Positions 48,848 through 63,714 are shown, counted from the stretch's first letter. The stretch: DNA of 64,000 bases from Octopus sinensis (GCF_006345805.1 NC_043021.1:4836001-4900000), one strand, 5' to 3'. The notes: generated from the sequence alone by a model not told the origin. Numbers and translations: made by a program.

Positions 48848-48967
48848 GAGTTTGAGTCCCAGGAAGATGGTGTCAGTTCAGAGCAGTGGATATTATATTT
48901 CAATTCAGACCAAGAAAAGACCAAATTTATTAACAAACTTATGTACTGTTGGAAGAAACTGTTTCAG
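48848..48967 (+). CDS. PLEKHM2: PLEKHM2 exon 15
   Basis: ctacag|GAG...CAG|gtaatt. EFESQEDGVSSEQWILYFNSDQEKTKFINKLMYCWKKLFQ. Phase 0-0. Confidence 0.93.
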
Positions 48968-49006
48968 GTAATTGTCACCTTTCACATGATTATTGTTTGT
49001 ATACGT

Positions 49007-49072
<66 letters not shown>

Positions 49073-49206
49073 TTAAGGAAATTGCTAATTAAGAACTAGA
49101 GAGGTTATAAACGTGTTCAGCCTTTAAAAATTTTTTAGATAAAAAATCTAAATGAATCCAAGTGCATTTTCAACTTCTTTAATATATATATGTATGTATG
49201 ATGACA

Positions 49207-49246
<40 letters not shown>

Positions 49247-49980
49247 CATTATATATATATCTATATGTATGTATGTATGTATGTATGTTGAGAATTTTCT
49301 AGAGTGATTCTGTCTCTTGAAAGTTACAAAGTAAGTATTTTGGTTTATGTAAGGGCATCACCTCTTATGTTCATGTTTTGTACTCTTGTTGCAAAAATTT
49401 TGGCAGTTCTTTGTTTTGCATTCATTGAATTGCAATGAATGCAAAACATCTATGAAATATTAGTAAAACCATTATCAAGTATAAACATGATTGTAGGAAG
49501 TCTTGTAACTGTCTGCTTAATGGAAACTACTCTGGCAGTTACCTAGAATTTAACAATGGCTCTTATTCAAAATCTTTCATCAGAGTGACAGCAAATGACT
49601 TTAAGGTGCAATATTTCTCACACGGTCGCGGGCATGGCTGTGTGGTTAGGGTGCTTGCTTCCTAGCTACATGGTTTGGGGTTCAGTCCCACTGCGTGGCA
49701 CTTTGGGTAGGTGTCTTCCGCTATAGCCCCGAGCCGACCGAAGCTTTGTGATGGAATTCGGTAGGCGGAAGTTACTGCTGTGTGTGTATGTGTGCGTGTA
49801 GCTGCTCAGTGCCTCTCCGAAAGAGAGAGAGGGTCATTTGCTGGTTGTTCCAAACATGAAATTAGCTTCTGGACTTTTAAAATATATTTGGAGATTAACC
49901 CTTTAGCATTTAAGCCAGCCATATATGGCCCAAATATGCCACCTGTTTTATGTTCTAACCAGCCAGATCCAGCCTATCAC

Positions 49981-50450
49981 ATACACACATACACACACAC
50001 AAACACACCCACACACCACACGCACACACACTACACACACACAAACACACACACACACAAACACAAACACACACACACCACACACACACCACACACACAT
50101 ACACACCACACACACACACACACTACACACACACACATGCATACACACACAAACACACACACACAAACACACACACACAAACACACAAACACACACAAAC
50201 ACACACACACAAACACACACACAAACACACACACACACACACACACCACACAAACACACACACACACCACACAAACACACACCACACACGCACACACCAC
50301 ACACACACACACCACAAACACACACCACACAAACACACACACACACACACTACACACCACACACACACACACACACACAACACACACACACAAACACACA
50401 CACACACACACACAAAACACACACACACACAAACACAAACACACACAAAC

Positions 50451-50483
<33 letters not shown>

Positions 50484-50516
50484 AACACACAAACACACAC
50501 ACAAACACACACACAC

Positions 50517-50550
<34 letters not shown>

Positions 50551-50640
50551 ACCACACACACACACACAAACACACACACACAAACACACACACACACACA
50601 CACCACACACACACACTCACACACACACACACACACACAA
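49981..50640. repeat. Degenerate (CA)n microsatellite, about 660 bp, in the last intron
   Basis: Directly visible. Confidence 0.97.
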
Positions 50641-50760
50641 ATGTATGTATATATATGTAAGTATTCACAATCTGTACTCTTCTCCCTTTCCATCTCTTTC
50701 TATATATATTGCCTCATCATGTTCTTTCACTCATTCACTTTCACTTTCTCTTTCTCTCAG

Positions 50761-50862
50761 ATTGAACTTCCTATCAACAAGTTGGACTCTCTTCAGCTGA
50801 AAATGAAATGCAAACGACGTGTGGAACAACTAACCGAACACTTCTCCCTACTGTCGTCCTAG
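50761..50862 (+). CDS. PLEKHM2: PLEKHM2 terminal coding exon 16
   Basis: ctctcag|ATT...TAG. IELPINKLDSLQLKMKCKRRVEQLTEHFSLLSS*, with IELP corresponding to SKIP VDLP. Confidence 0.88.
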   Translation: MELPINKLDSLQLKMKCKRRVEQLTEHFSLLSS

Positions 50863-53135
50863 TCTACAGTCACTGATGCTCAAATTAGGAAACGGAGTGC
50901 TCAATAGTTGCTCATACTGATCCTCAGAGAGGATGGAAATGCTCAGTGGTCTCTCAGTGAAAGTTGGTCAGTAAAGGTGGGTGGTATCCAATGGTTACTC
51001 AGACTGCTCTTCAAAACCAGGGGTTGGTGAGGAGCAGGGGTCATCACTACCTTCTGCCTTCTCCTGATTCAGTTCTTTTGTCCAACCAATGCTGCTGTTA
51101 TTTTGTCTCAATTTGAACTCTCTACTCTCTACTCTTTCTCTCTCTCTCTCTCACATGACCTGACCTCACTTGACCTGACCTCATTTTAGTTAGTGTTTAT
51201 GTCCTCTATTATTATTATTATTATTTTTGTTTGTTACTCCAGCTGGTCCAGTCCAGTCCAGTCCAGTCTAGCTTGGTCTGGTATGTTTGCTCCAGTCAAC
51301 TCAGCTTGTTTAAACTAATGGACACTGAAAGCAAGCTATCTAGCAGTAAAAACAAACTGGCCTGTAAAACTACTACTACCACTACTACTACTTCTACTAC
51401 TACTACTGATGCTACTGCTGCTTCTTGTCCTTGTCTTCCTCCTCTGCCTCCACCTCCTTCTGCTGCTGCTGCTTGTGTGTCTCGTATATCAGACATGCTC
51501 ATTGAAAGCCCAAAAGTGTGGAGCAATGTTAAAGATGAAGGCAGATAACACAGCTAAGGAAGACCTTGTGTGCTAGATTTGTTGTAGTTAGCTCCAGTGC
51601 AGTATAGACAAAGCAAAACAGACCTGTGATGAAAACCTTTCCAGTTGTGGCCATCCTGTGTTTTTTTTTGTATGTCGTGTGTTTTTATTTAAGATGTTAT
51701 GGTGTAAATTTGATGAAAATTTCACTATATCTCTTTTTGGTCTAACAACCATATAGATATTCCCTCGTTGGCTGAAGAACGTTAGGAGAATGTAAGAATG
51801 TGTTGGAGAAAGTCGTCTGTAGACAATCTCACCAATGTTTTGTGAATGTTTGGAAAATAGTTTAATTTCTGTTTTTGTAAGAGCAAACTGAAATCGTTTG
51901 AGAAGAGATGTCAAAAACGGAAAAAAAAAATTAACACAAATAACAATAAGGAATGTGTATGTGGTCAGTCGACCTGCTAGAAATAGCAGCAAATTTTCCC
52001 CACAAATCACACCTTACAATCTTAAATAAAGAAAAGACCTCCTAGATAATTTACTTCTACATACTCCTAAAAAGACTCACTGGATGGTCATGGCCAGAAC
52101 ACCTTTGATCATAGGTTTGCTTTGCCTGGGTTAGCTTTTACCAAAAGTTGTTTCTGAACAAAGCAAAAAAAAAAAACGTTTTTCTAAAGACCTAGAACAA
52201 AATTTTTGTTATTCTTTTGTATTTTTTGTTATATTTTTAAAATTTCACTGATCTTGTGTGTATATGTGCATGGGGGCCCTATAAAGGATTTTATCTAATT
52301 TAATAATAATGTTCTCCTGTTAGACTTGTCCCTGTTTCATTGTTGGATCAAACAGTCTCTGATTCTCTCCTTGAGAATGTGTGTGTATCTGTGTGTGATT
52401 GTGTACATATGTGTGCGTGTGTTCGTTCTGATTATGAGTGTGAGTGTTTTGTTATTTACTAACCGAACCAAGCAATTCACTTCCACACAGATTAAAATAC
52501 AATCAGGCTTGTAGAATAATATCGTAGTTGTAAGGTTCTTAAATGTTTTCGGCAAGTCATGCGATCATTAGTACACCACCTCTTCCCCAAACGTACCGGT
52601 TCCCTCTCAGGCTGTCATGTAACACATCTCAAGCACACACACACACACACAATTGTACATACATACCTACATAAATATGTGTGCTCAGTATCTAAGCACG
52701 AAAAAGGGAGACAGTTTTATAACCACATTCATTTCAAGCATAGTGAAAATTTCTGTATATTCTGATCTAATATACATATATACAATGTTGCATACATACA
52801 TACATACAAAGGTGGGGCACTCCGTCGATTACAATGATGAAGGGCCCAGCTGATATGATCAACGGAACAGCTTGCTCGTGAAATTAACGTGCAAGTGGCT
52901 GAGCACTCCACAGACACGTGTACCCTTAACGTAGTTCTCAGGGAGATTCAGCGTGACACAGAATGTGACAAGGCTGGCCCTTTTTGAAATACAGGTACTA
53001 CTCATTTTTGCCAGCTGAGTGGACTGGAGCAACGTGAAATAAAGTGTCTTGCTCAAGGACACAACACGTCACCAGGAATTGAACACAACTTAACAATTGT
53101 AAGCCAAATGCCCTAACCACTAAGCCACCGTCTTC

Positions 53136-53166
<31 letters not shown>

Positions 53167-53253
53167 GATATATATATATAATGTGTATGTGTCTATATAT
53201 ATATATATATATAGATAGATAGCTGTCATCATACATACATACATATATATATT

Positions 53254-53984
53254 AAAGAAGTTGAAAATGCACTTGGATTCATTTAGATTTTTTATCTAAA
53301 AATTTTTAAAGGCTGAACAGGTTTCACAGATTTCTCTGATCTTCAAAGGTTGAGATAGAACGACATGGAGTTATGCTGCAACTGTCTTCTGATGGAGTTC
53401 CAAAATTAGTATCTGTTTTGGATACATTTTAATTGGCTGATGATGATTATTTAATTAGGTTTGGTAATTCTTGTAAGTTCCTTGCTGTCAGCCTTAATTT
53501 TCAGCACAAAAGATAGTCACATGATATTAATGCACAAACATTTTGGGGAACCTACAAAAATGTCTAAGGCTAATCATGTGACCTTCCTCTTACATTTGAC
53601 AGATTAAATTCAGAGAGCCTTGTTTGTTTGGGATTGTCACTAGACATGTTGACCCAACTGTAACAGCTTTGATTTACATATTGTTCCATGACATTAAAAA
53701 ATAAAAAAGGGATAGCTGGGAACTTATAAAAATTTCTAAACCTAATCATGTGATCATCCTCAGCCAATCAAGACATATCCAAAACAGATGCTAATTTGAG
53801 CCATGTTCTCTCTCTAAAAACAAGGGAATTTTTGAACTTAAATCAGAAATAAGACAGTTGCAACTTGACTTCACATCGTTCTATCCCAACTTTTAAAAAT
53901 GAGAGAAATTTGTGAAACTTACTAACAAATTTAACCAGTTTACAAATTTAAAAATGAAAATCCCAGTGCATTTTCAACTTCTTT
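53254..53984. mobile_element. TIR-bearing non-autonomous DNA element with internal inverted repeats
   Basis: Left terminus aaagaagttgaaaatgcacttggatt; right terminus aatcccagtgcattttcaacttcttt. Internal imperfect inverted repeat at about 53410-53490 versus 53710-53795. Confidence 0.7.
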
Positions 53985-54185
53985 TTTCTATATTTCTACC
54001 CAGGTAGAATGAAATAACTTCATTTTATATATACATACATTCTTATTTAAATATTTTCTAAGATTTTATATGTACAAACAAGTAAAAGGAGTATATAGGG
54101 AGAGTTTACGAAAAAAACAAAAGACGAAGACAGGTGGTGTACAAAAACAGATGTATTAGTATAACGCTCAGGAATATATATATAT

Positions 54186-54244
<59 letters not shown>

Positions 54245-57200
54245 TTATATATATATATATGTATATTTATATAGTCTGTGTTTATTTATATGTATATGTG
54301 CCTAATGTATCTAGAACTACATTATCAAATATCTCTGTTTTCTAAGACTGTATGGTGTGGTTTTGCAGAAAAATTGGCTGCTTTTTCTGGCAGGTCTAGC
54401 AAGCCCAATGAGAGCCTCTCTCATGGGCCTGTTTTCTTTCATTGTGATAGTAGGGCTGTTAGTCTTTCAGTATGACTCAAGTTATGATTTCGAGTCATGA
54501 CCCTAAATGTATCTCTTCAAGTTATGACTTTTATTCTTACTGTGATACGTAGATGCATATTTCTTGGTGATTTCCTTTGATTAACTTTACCAAATGCTAG
54601 AAATCAACTTTTAAGTGTCTTTGTTCATTTTCTCAGTTGGGCTCGTGATGGGTAGAATATTGTTGTTTCTGTTATTGTTGTTGGTGATCATGATGGGCGA
54701 GAGAATCCTTTCCCACTACCAAGTCATAACCTATATTTTAGAGATGACAAATCGAGAGAATCTTGGTCCGGCCATTTAGTATAAAGAACTTATATGTGTT
54801 TATGTTTTGTTTATGTTTTCCAGTTTCAGCTCTTGAGCTGTGGCCATGCTGGGGCACCGCCATGTGTGTATACTTGTTCTTTAGAACCAATATAACTTCC
54901 TGCCAAATTGAAAAAAAACACAGTACCTTAGTAGAAGGATATAATAATAATTTTATATACAAGGCGTAGGAGTGGCTGTGTGGTAAGTAGCTTGCTTACG
55001 AACCACATGGTTCCGGGTTCAGTCCCACTGCGTGGCACTTTGGGTAAGTGTATTCTACTATAGCCTCAGGCCGACCAATGCCTTGTGAGTGGATTTGGTA
55101 GACGGAAACTGAAAGAAGCCCGTTGTATATATGTATATATATATATATATGTGTATGTTTGTGTGTTGTGTTTATCCCCACCAACATCGCTTGACAACCG
55201 ATGCTGGTGTGTTTACGTCCCTGTAACTTAGCGGTTTGGCAAAAGAGACCGATAGAATAAGTACTAGGCTTACAAAGAATATGTCCCGGGGTAGATTTGC
55301 TCGACTAAAGGCGGTGCTCCAGCATGGCCACAGTCAAATGACTGAAACAAGTAAATGAGTAAATTGGTGGCTACAAAAATTTGATTTGTATTGCTTTTTG
55401 TACAAGTTATGTGTATATGTATGCTTGTGTGTGTGTGTGTGTGTGTGTTTAATCTTTGCCACTTTATATTGATATAATATATAGACATTAGCAAGAAATG
55501 TACACACACAAAATTAGATAAATTGTTGCATCATAATAGATTCTCTAATCTGACACATTATCAGAAATATAATTAAACCAGTGATTGTTGTGTTGAAAAC
55601 CTCTAACCAATGACACTTTTGTTTACAAATTGTGATATAAAATCAATAAAAAATGAAGCCGACTTTTTGTCCAGATTTTATGCTCGACTTCCATAGTCTT
55701 TCTTGGATTTTGTGACTATCTTTTCATTTCAAATGCTCCTTAGTTACCCAAGAGGAACTTGAATGTTGGGGGTCAGATGCTGGAGTTTGGACAATACATA
55801 TAAAATTAGACACATTCATTGGTGGATTGGCAGAAATATTAAAGTGTCAGGAGGTATTTAGCTACATTACTTTAACATTCCAAGTTCACATCCTGCCAGG
55901 GTCAACTTTTTCCTGATTAAACAAAGTACCAGTAAAATACTTTGGTTGATTCAGGTCTCTGCTTCTTGCCACTATATTTCTATTAGAAATTGTCATTATT
56001 ATTAATATGGGCAGAATCATTAGAACATCAGGTAAAATACCTTACAGGATTTAGTTACAATTCTTTATGTCCTGAGTTTAAAATCATGTTGGGATTAAAA
56101 TTGTTTTTCACATTTCTGTGTTCATTAACCCTTTAGTGATCAGATTATTCTATCAAACATAATGCTTATTGATTCCCATTGATTTGAATTAATCATGCAT
56201 TTTCTCATATCTTCAAGATCTTGATGGTGTAATTACTTAATGTAGAATAACATTGTAGGGTAGGTGTGAGGGCCTGGATCTGGTCAGTTTGAACAGAAAA
56301 CAGATTAACTATTTTGGCCGGATATGACCGGTTTAAATACTAAAGGGTTAAAGTAGCATATAAGTCAACTGCCAACTGTTCCTTGCCCTTCCCCCTGGAA
56401 TTTCTGGCCTTGTGCCTGAGTAAGAAATAATCATTGACCCTAAAAGTATAAAAGGCAAAGGTGACCTCAAATCTCAGAGGTCAACTTCGCCTTTCTCTTT
56501 CCTTTCTTTTTTTTTTTTGTTTTTGAGTCAATAAACTACAATCTCAGTTAAATAATGTGATTGATAATGTAATCCAACTGATCAAAGGTCTCTGTGAGAT
56601 TTTAAAGAACTCAGCATTGGAACTTAGAATTTTATTCGTGTCATGGCATGTGGTTGATTGTTACAATGTTAACAACCTTAATCTCTAACCCATTAGTGTT
56701 CAGGATACTCTGTTAAATGTAATAATTTTTCACTCAAATTGTTTTGAATTAATCATGCATTATCTTATAGCTTTGAGGTTTCAATGATGTGATTGTTTAT
56801 TTTCAGAATGGCATTGTAGGTTAGGAGTGAGAGGCTAGATATCGCCAGTTTGAATATAAAACATGTAGAATATATTGGGCCGGATTTGGCTGGTTTAAAC
56901 ACTAAAGGGCTAAGCAAAACCAAAGCTATAATAAAAACCATTTACATAGTGAAACAGTGTTATGAAAACTCTATAAATTTATACATAAAATAAAATATAA
57001 AATGTGAAATTTCCATGGAACGCTTGAGTGGTTTACTATTATTATTCTTGTACAAATTGTTATTGTTATTGTTGAGTTGAAAACCTTGGCAAGTATATTG
57101 CTGCTGGCAGCACCATATAGATATGTCATGGCTACATAGAATTTCTCTGGTAAATTTTAGAAAAATGGTAGGAGGTGGTGTATATAATAGAGTAATATGT

Positions 57201-58468
57201 TGTGTCATAAAATTATAATAAATGCAATGATACCTATTTACAGCTTAGTAGACAAGAGTGTTGATACTACAAGAGGGACTTAGTGGCCAGAATTGCTGAG
57301 TTAAGTGTTAGGTCATGGAGGCAATTTTGTGAAATGTGGGTTTAGGTGGATTGGACTGGACTGGACTGGTTGGAATGGATGTTACTTTGTGTGTGTATTG
57401 TATGTTTAAGCCTAATATACATGTATATATTTTTTATTTCTCCATATATATATATTATAGATAGATAGGTACATACATACACACATGCATACATATGTAC
57501 ATAGATAATACTTTACTTTATTAGTAAAGAGGTTATGTGCCTCCTACCAGCAGGTCTGGTGAGTCACCTATGTTACCAAGTGCAATAGTAGAAATGAAAC
57601 CAATGGTAACTTTCTGACCAGCCATAACAAAGGATATAAGGATATACTACAAAAAATATAACTACTCAAAAAATTTTTTTGCAGTATGCTTTTTTGGGGA
57701 ATTATTTACATCTAACCAATATATATATATATAATATATATATATATATAGATATATATATATATATAAAATATTTATATAAAAATAGAAAAAAGTGTAA
57801 AAACTACAGAAGGCTTGTGTTATAAGGTCAAAGAATATATTTAAGTCATTATGTTAGAAAAATGTTATAAAATTTTGCGTCACTCTTTTCTATTTTTTAT
57901 ACATCCAACCACGTGCTTTCACACACCAACTTTCTCACCTATATATATATATTATATATAATATATATATATATATACATACACATACATATACATTACA
58001 TACACACACACACGCATATAGGCATGTTGATGCAAATAGGAAAAAACGTACTTGTTCTTTGCCCTACATCTTGAGGATCTCTAGGAACAAACTCAAATGC
58101 CAGCATGGAGAATTACCATATATATATATATATATATATAAACACATATACAGCATGGCTACATAGTAGAAATTTGCTTCCTAACCTCGTTGTTTTGGGT
58201 TTAGCCTCACTGTATGGCACCTCAGGCAAGTGTCTACTACTATAGCGCTAGGCCTACAAAAGCCTTGGGAATGGATTTGGTAGATGGAAACTGAAAGGAG
58301 CCTGTCATGTATATGTAAATGTCTGTATGCGTGTGTCAACATGTTACTGTCCCCTTGCTGTGACACTTCGTGATAGTAACGGTCAGCTACAGAAAATCTG
58401 CCTCAACTAAATTTCCCTCTGATCTGTGCAAGTATGGAAAAGTAAGTGTTAAAATGATGATGATGAAG

Positions 58469-58529
<61 letters not shown>

Positions 58530-58766
58530 ATATATAACGCCAACTACACTCTCAGAGTGGTTGGTATTAGGAAGGGCATCCAGCTGTAGAAACTCTGCCA
58601 AATCAAGACTGGAGCCTGGTGCAGCCATCTGGTTCGCCAGCCCTCAGTCAAAATTGTCCAACCCATGCTAGCATGGAAAGCAGACGTTAAACGATGATGA
58701 TGATGATATATATATTATATATATATATCACACACACACTCTCACATATATGCATACATACATATA

Positions 58767-58802
<36 letters not shown>

Positions 58803-58808
58803 TGCATA

Positions 58809-59800
58809 CAGGGTGTTTGGGCTAAATTTGACAGTTTGCATAAAATTATAAGAAAACATGATATCCTATCCTAAAATGAAAGTATTTTAAAAATCAAAAA
58901 TGATCATGTATATTATGGCTGGGAGATAACAGTTTGCTCAAAGTAGCCGTCTTCAGCGTCCACCACGACAGCCTCCTTTCAGCCCTGGAATGTGGTGCAT
59001 GCGTTCCTCGCTGCATCTTTGGGAAGATCTTTGAACACTTCCTTGATCTTGGCTATCAGTGTGGCCTTGGTATTGCAAGCGGAAGGGTTGGTGCCTTTCT
59101 CAATCACACCCCTTTATAATATTCCATGAGATTACAATAAGTGGGGAATTAGGAGGCCAGAAATTGGGGCTGGTGAAGTTGTAAAAATTCTCTGACAACT
59201 GCTTCTGTCTCTTTCTGGAGGTATAGTACGGAGCTGAACCCTGCTGCCACACAATGCTCTCCAGCAGTAGCCCTCTCCATCTCGGGTTTGACCACGATCA
59301 CCAGCAGCTTCACGTAGCTGTTCTGAATTGAGCCGAAGGTGATGGTCATCAATTGCTGGATGAATTCTGGCATGTGGACACAGATTGCCCATCGTGTCTG
59401 TTCTTGCTGGACATGGCTTTGTAGTCTCCATTGCATCTGTTCATGTCATGTCTTGCAACCTTTACAGTGTTTACCGAGCCCTGAACTGCAGTTATGAATT
59501 TGGCAATTTTGATACCCTGATACCCAGCATGAACCATTATGATACAAGTAATTCTTTTCCAATATTCAGATGGCTTCCAATCCTCCTTGTCAGCTAACCT
59601 TAATTTTTATGCTCTCCAACGCATCAAAATATTCCTGAAAAAAGGGGACATAGAAAAAAATCATCAAGTCATTCAATAAATACAAGGATTTTAATTCAAG
59701 CTACCATTAGTTTCATGCTGTGAAAGCACCAACTAATAAGCTTGGCAGTTTATTGTTTTTTTACTGCATGAAACTAATGGCAGATTGAATTTAAATCCTG
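58809..59800 (-). mobile_element. Tc1/mariner-superfamily (maT-like) transposase remnant; further fragments at 62705-62838 and 63101-63150
   Basis: TA|CAGGGTG terminus. Minus strand reads YVKLL..VVKP, QDS and WPPNSP-like motifs, ending DGYFE. Confidence 0.75.
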
Positions 59801-60180
59801 TGTATATTAAATTATATTTGTCTCTCACTGGTTGGTATACATTTTTGTTGTTTCCACCAATAATGGAAATTATGTTTACATAGATATACATACATATATC
59901 ATCATCATTCTAATATCCACTTTTCCATGCATGCATGCATAGGTTAGACAGAAATTTTGTTTTGGGACGTTTTCTATAGGTGGATGCCTTTCCTGCCACC
60001 AACTCTCACTTGTTACACCTGTTACAAATTGAGGTTATTTATGTATGTATGTATGTATGTATGTATGTATGTATGTATGTATGTATGCATGCATGTGTGT
60101 ATGCATGTATGTATGTCTATGTATTTATATACACACACACATATATATAAATTATGCATATATTTATGTGTGTGTGTATG

Positions 60181-60231
<51 letters not shown>

Positions 60232-62119
60232 GTATATATATTACAAAATGCTTTTTATTCTGAAATAATTTTTTTGCTTTGGAAAAAAGGAAAAAAAAAA
60301 TCTCAAAACTAATTAAAATGATGTCTGAGGTCAGGTATTAATATTTGAAAGTACCATTGATTCTTTTGGTGCCCACACCTCCCCCCCTCTCTGAAAACAA
60401 GAACCCTAAAACAACAAAAGACCATCCATATATACTCTGATCCACTGATACCCTGATCCATTGGTAATCTGGTCTCTTCTCACCACACTTGATGGAGCTG
60501 CTCATGATGGTGACTATATCAGCCAATTACAGGTGTGCTAATTGTCTCTGTCCGTGTGTCCATATTTCCAGCTGCATCTTCTTCTACAAGCCTATAATAT
60601 AGGCCAGCCTGGTTCAATATTATCTCCCTCCAATAAACCCATAAATACATACCTACCTGTGAACCGAACCACCCAACACGTCCTTCTTATACCCAGGAAT
60701 GCTCCATCCTTATTTCTGTACCCTTTCAATAGCTCATAAATTTTTATTTTTGAGTTCTTTCTGTTGTTTGGTGAGTGGGTCTGGGTTTGTCCCTTCCTCT
60801 CTTACCCTTGCCATCCTCCTCTTCTTCCTCTCGCCATCCTCCTCTTCTTCCTCTCGCCATCCTCCTCTTCTTCCTCCCTTACTACTACCACCCTACTTTG
60901 TCGTACAAGTGTCCTCATGGTCGTGTTTTAACTTTACTAGATAGCAGTGATGGATGAATTAATGCCGCTCTTTCATTTAATCCTAATCAAGCCATTGCTT
61001 GCTGTGTTAATAAACATAATTATAATAAAGATGATGATGATGATGATGATGATTATATCTTGTAAATAAATACTCTCAAATTTGTACAGTGTTCCATTTG
61101 TATTTCTTTGTAAATATATATTCATTTGTCTGTATTTATGGGTTAGTTTAAAATAAAAGATATTCCGCCACTCCACATGTTGGAGCGGAATTCAAGATAC
61201 AACCGCGTTTCAGGCGAAGTTACGATTTAAGGACTTGAAGACAGAATGTGTGCATCATTCAGTCAGAACCAAGAATCACTCGACAGCGACTATTTGACAA
61301 TACACACAATAGCCAATTCCTAAGCATGACAGAATGTGTGAATCATTCTCAGCTGTCAGAACAAAGCGTCAACACAATACCTCAAATGATAATAGAACGC
61401 TATTTTTTGCCAATTGAACGTCGAATGAAGTATGAGCCATTTGAAGAACTTTCACTAACAATGTTGTAATTAACTGCAATTAATTGCAATTAATTGATAT
61501 CATAGCAGTCAATTATTTAATTGGCTGTACGACTCCAATTAATTAACTGGACCAATATATTGCAATTAATTTTTCATCAATTAATATTTTACAACCCCTG
61601 ATGCCTGCGGCTAGAGGCAAAGTTGACACTGGTAGAATTTGAACTCGAAACGCCAAAGGATGTAAGTGAATGCTACAATATATTTTGCGTGCTGCCCCAA
61701 CAATTCTGCTACTTTCATTATATATTTCTTTATTGCCCACAAGGGGCTAAACATAGAGGGGACAAACAAGGACACAGACAAAGGGATAAAGTCGATTACA
61801 TCGACCCCAGTGCGTAACTGGTACTTAATTTATCGACCCCGAGAGGATGAAAGGCAAAGTCTATTAGCTGTTTGGTAAGGCGGCGAGCTGGCAGAAAAGT
61901 TAGCACGCCGGGTGAAATGCTTAGCAGTATTTCGTCTGCCGCTACGTTCTGAGTTCAAATTCCGCCGAGGTCGACTTTGCCTTTCATCCTTTCGGGGTCG
62001 ATTAAATAAGTACCAGTTACGCACTGGGGTCGATGTAATCGACTTAATACCTTTGTCTGTCCTTGTTTGTCCCCTCTATGTTTAGCCCCTTGTGGGTAAT
62101 AAAGAAATATATATTAGCG

Positions 62120-62480
62120 GTTTGGGTTCTTCCGAAGGGTCTCTGGACTAACTTTACTCGACAGGGTGTGTAGGTCGGAGATCAGGGAGTCTCTTTAGGT
62201 CGAGCTGTTCACTACATTGAGAGATCACGGCTCTGGCACTACGGACATGTGATTATAATGTCACAGGAAAGTATCACAAGACAGATTCTTCAAACTGAGC
62301 CAACCGGTAGGAGAGCCGGGGTAGATCAAAACAAGATCGTTGGATAACATCCATTGTCTTAATTAGTCACGCTTGGGAATCCAAGGATTGTGCATGAGGG
62401 GACAGCCACGTTTGAGAAATTTCGAGTTGCACATGAGAAAGTAAGGAGGGATGTCAGGAAGGGCATCGCTGTTAGACTTC
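62120..62480 (+). mobile_element. Decayed RTE 3' end
   Basis: LWHYGHVIIMSQESITRQILQTEPTGRRAG. Confidence 0.65.
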
Positions 62481-63659
62481 CTGAAGGGAAGGGTCTTCCT
62501 TTGATTCTGTTATGATGGCTACTTCTGATAGAGCCCTACGGTGGGGGTGGCTGACGACTCGAACCCCACAATCCTAACAGGAATAATGGATGGAGAAAAT
62601 GTATAGATGGATGGATAGCTGTTTGAAATGCCATCGGTTTAGTACCCTTATTATTTAAGCCCAAGAGAACCTCGACCGAATTGACTTATGAGCAAAGTTA
62701 TTCAACCGAAGTTTACTCAAAGTAGCCGTCTTCAGCTTCCACCACTACAGCCTCATTTCATCCCTAGAATGTGGTGCATGCATTCCTCTCTGCATCTTTG
62801 GAAAAATCTTTGAGCACTTCCTTGATCTTGGCTATCAGATTTTCTCGCCATTTAATGATGTGGGAAAAAAATTGACCCAGAAAAAAAGGAACTGGGTGGA
62901 CAAATCTTATGAATCATATAAAAACGAACCAGCATCCTACAACACAAGCAACTGAACAACCATCTTTATTGAGTTTTCTTTCACCAAGAAATTGTTTGGT
63001 CAGTCGCTCGGCCTGAAATGTTTATGATTGGATTGAGTGGGTATGTGTTGGTTTAAAACCATTTTCCTTTACTGAAGACCCACTGACTCGTAAGTCTCTC
63101 TTGGTATTGCAAGCAGAAGGGTTGGTGTCTTTCTCAATCACACCCACTTATAGACTCATGTTTACGAATAGTGTGCACCATAAACTTCTTTGCTTTAACA
63201 CGAAGCCCATTTTCCGCCATATTTTCGTCTGACTCAGCGGTTTACTTTTGTTTCAAAATTCACAGGTTTTGCGAAATGGAACTTTTTGAAAATAGCTTTT
63301 ATTAATTGTATATTACTTTATGTATTTTTGTGGTGCGAATTCAAAATATCAATACAGCCAAGATTTTCTCGCCGTTTAATGATACAATATATTTTATATA
63401 TAATTTGTTGGTAAATCCACACATGGTAGGACAAAATGAAACTAATAAAAATGAATTTGGTACACTATTTAGCAAAATAAAATGTAAATGAGAAGTAAGA
63501 AAATAGATTTTTACGAGTGTTCTATTCATTTTCTTAAGTTCAACACCTTAAAGTTATTTATTTCAGAATTTGTTACAGAATTTTTAAGAATTGCATCTTA
63601 ACGTTCATATTCAAGGGGAGCAACTCCTGTCAAATAGAAAATAACGAAAATTAATATGT

Positions 63660-63682
63660 AAGGGAAGTAACTCATACCTTAA

Positions 63683-63714
<32 letters not shown>

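Noticed and set aside
60530-60610. Minus-strand LVEEDAAGNMDTRTETISTPVIG* as the last exon of a convergent gene
   Set aside because: Poor acceptor, no recognisable homology and no further exons found.
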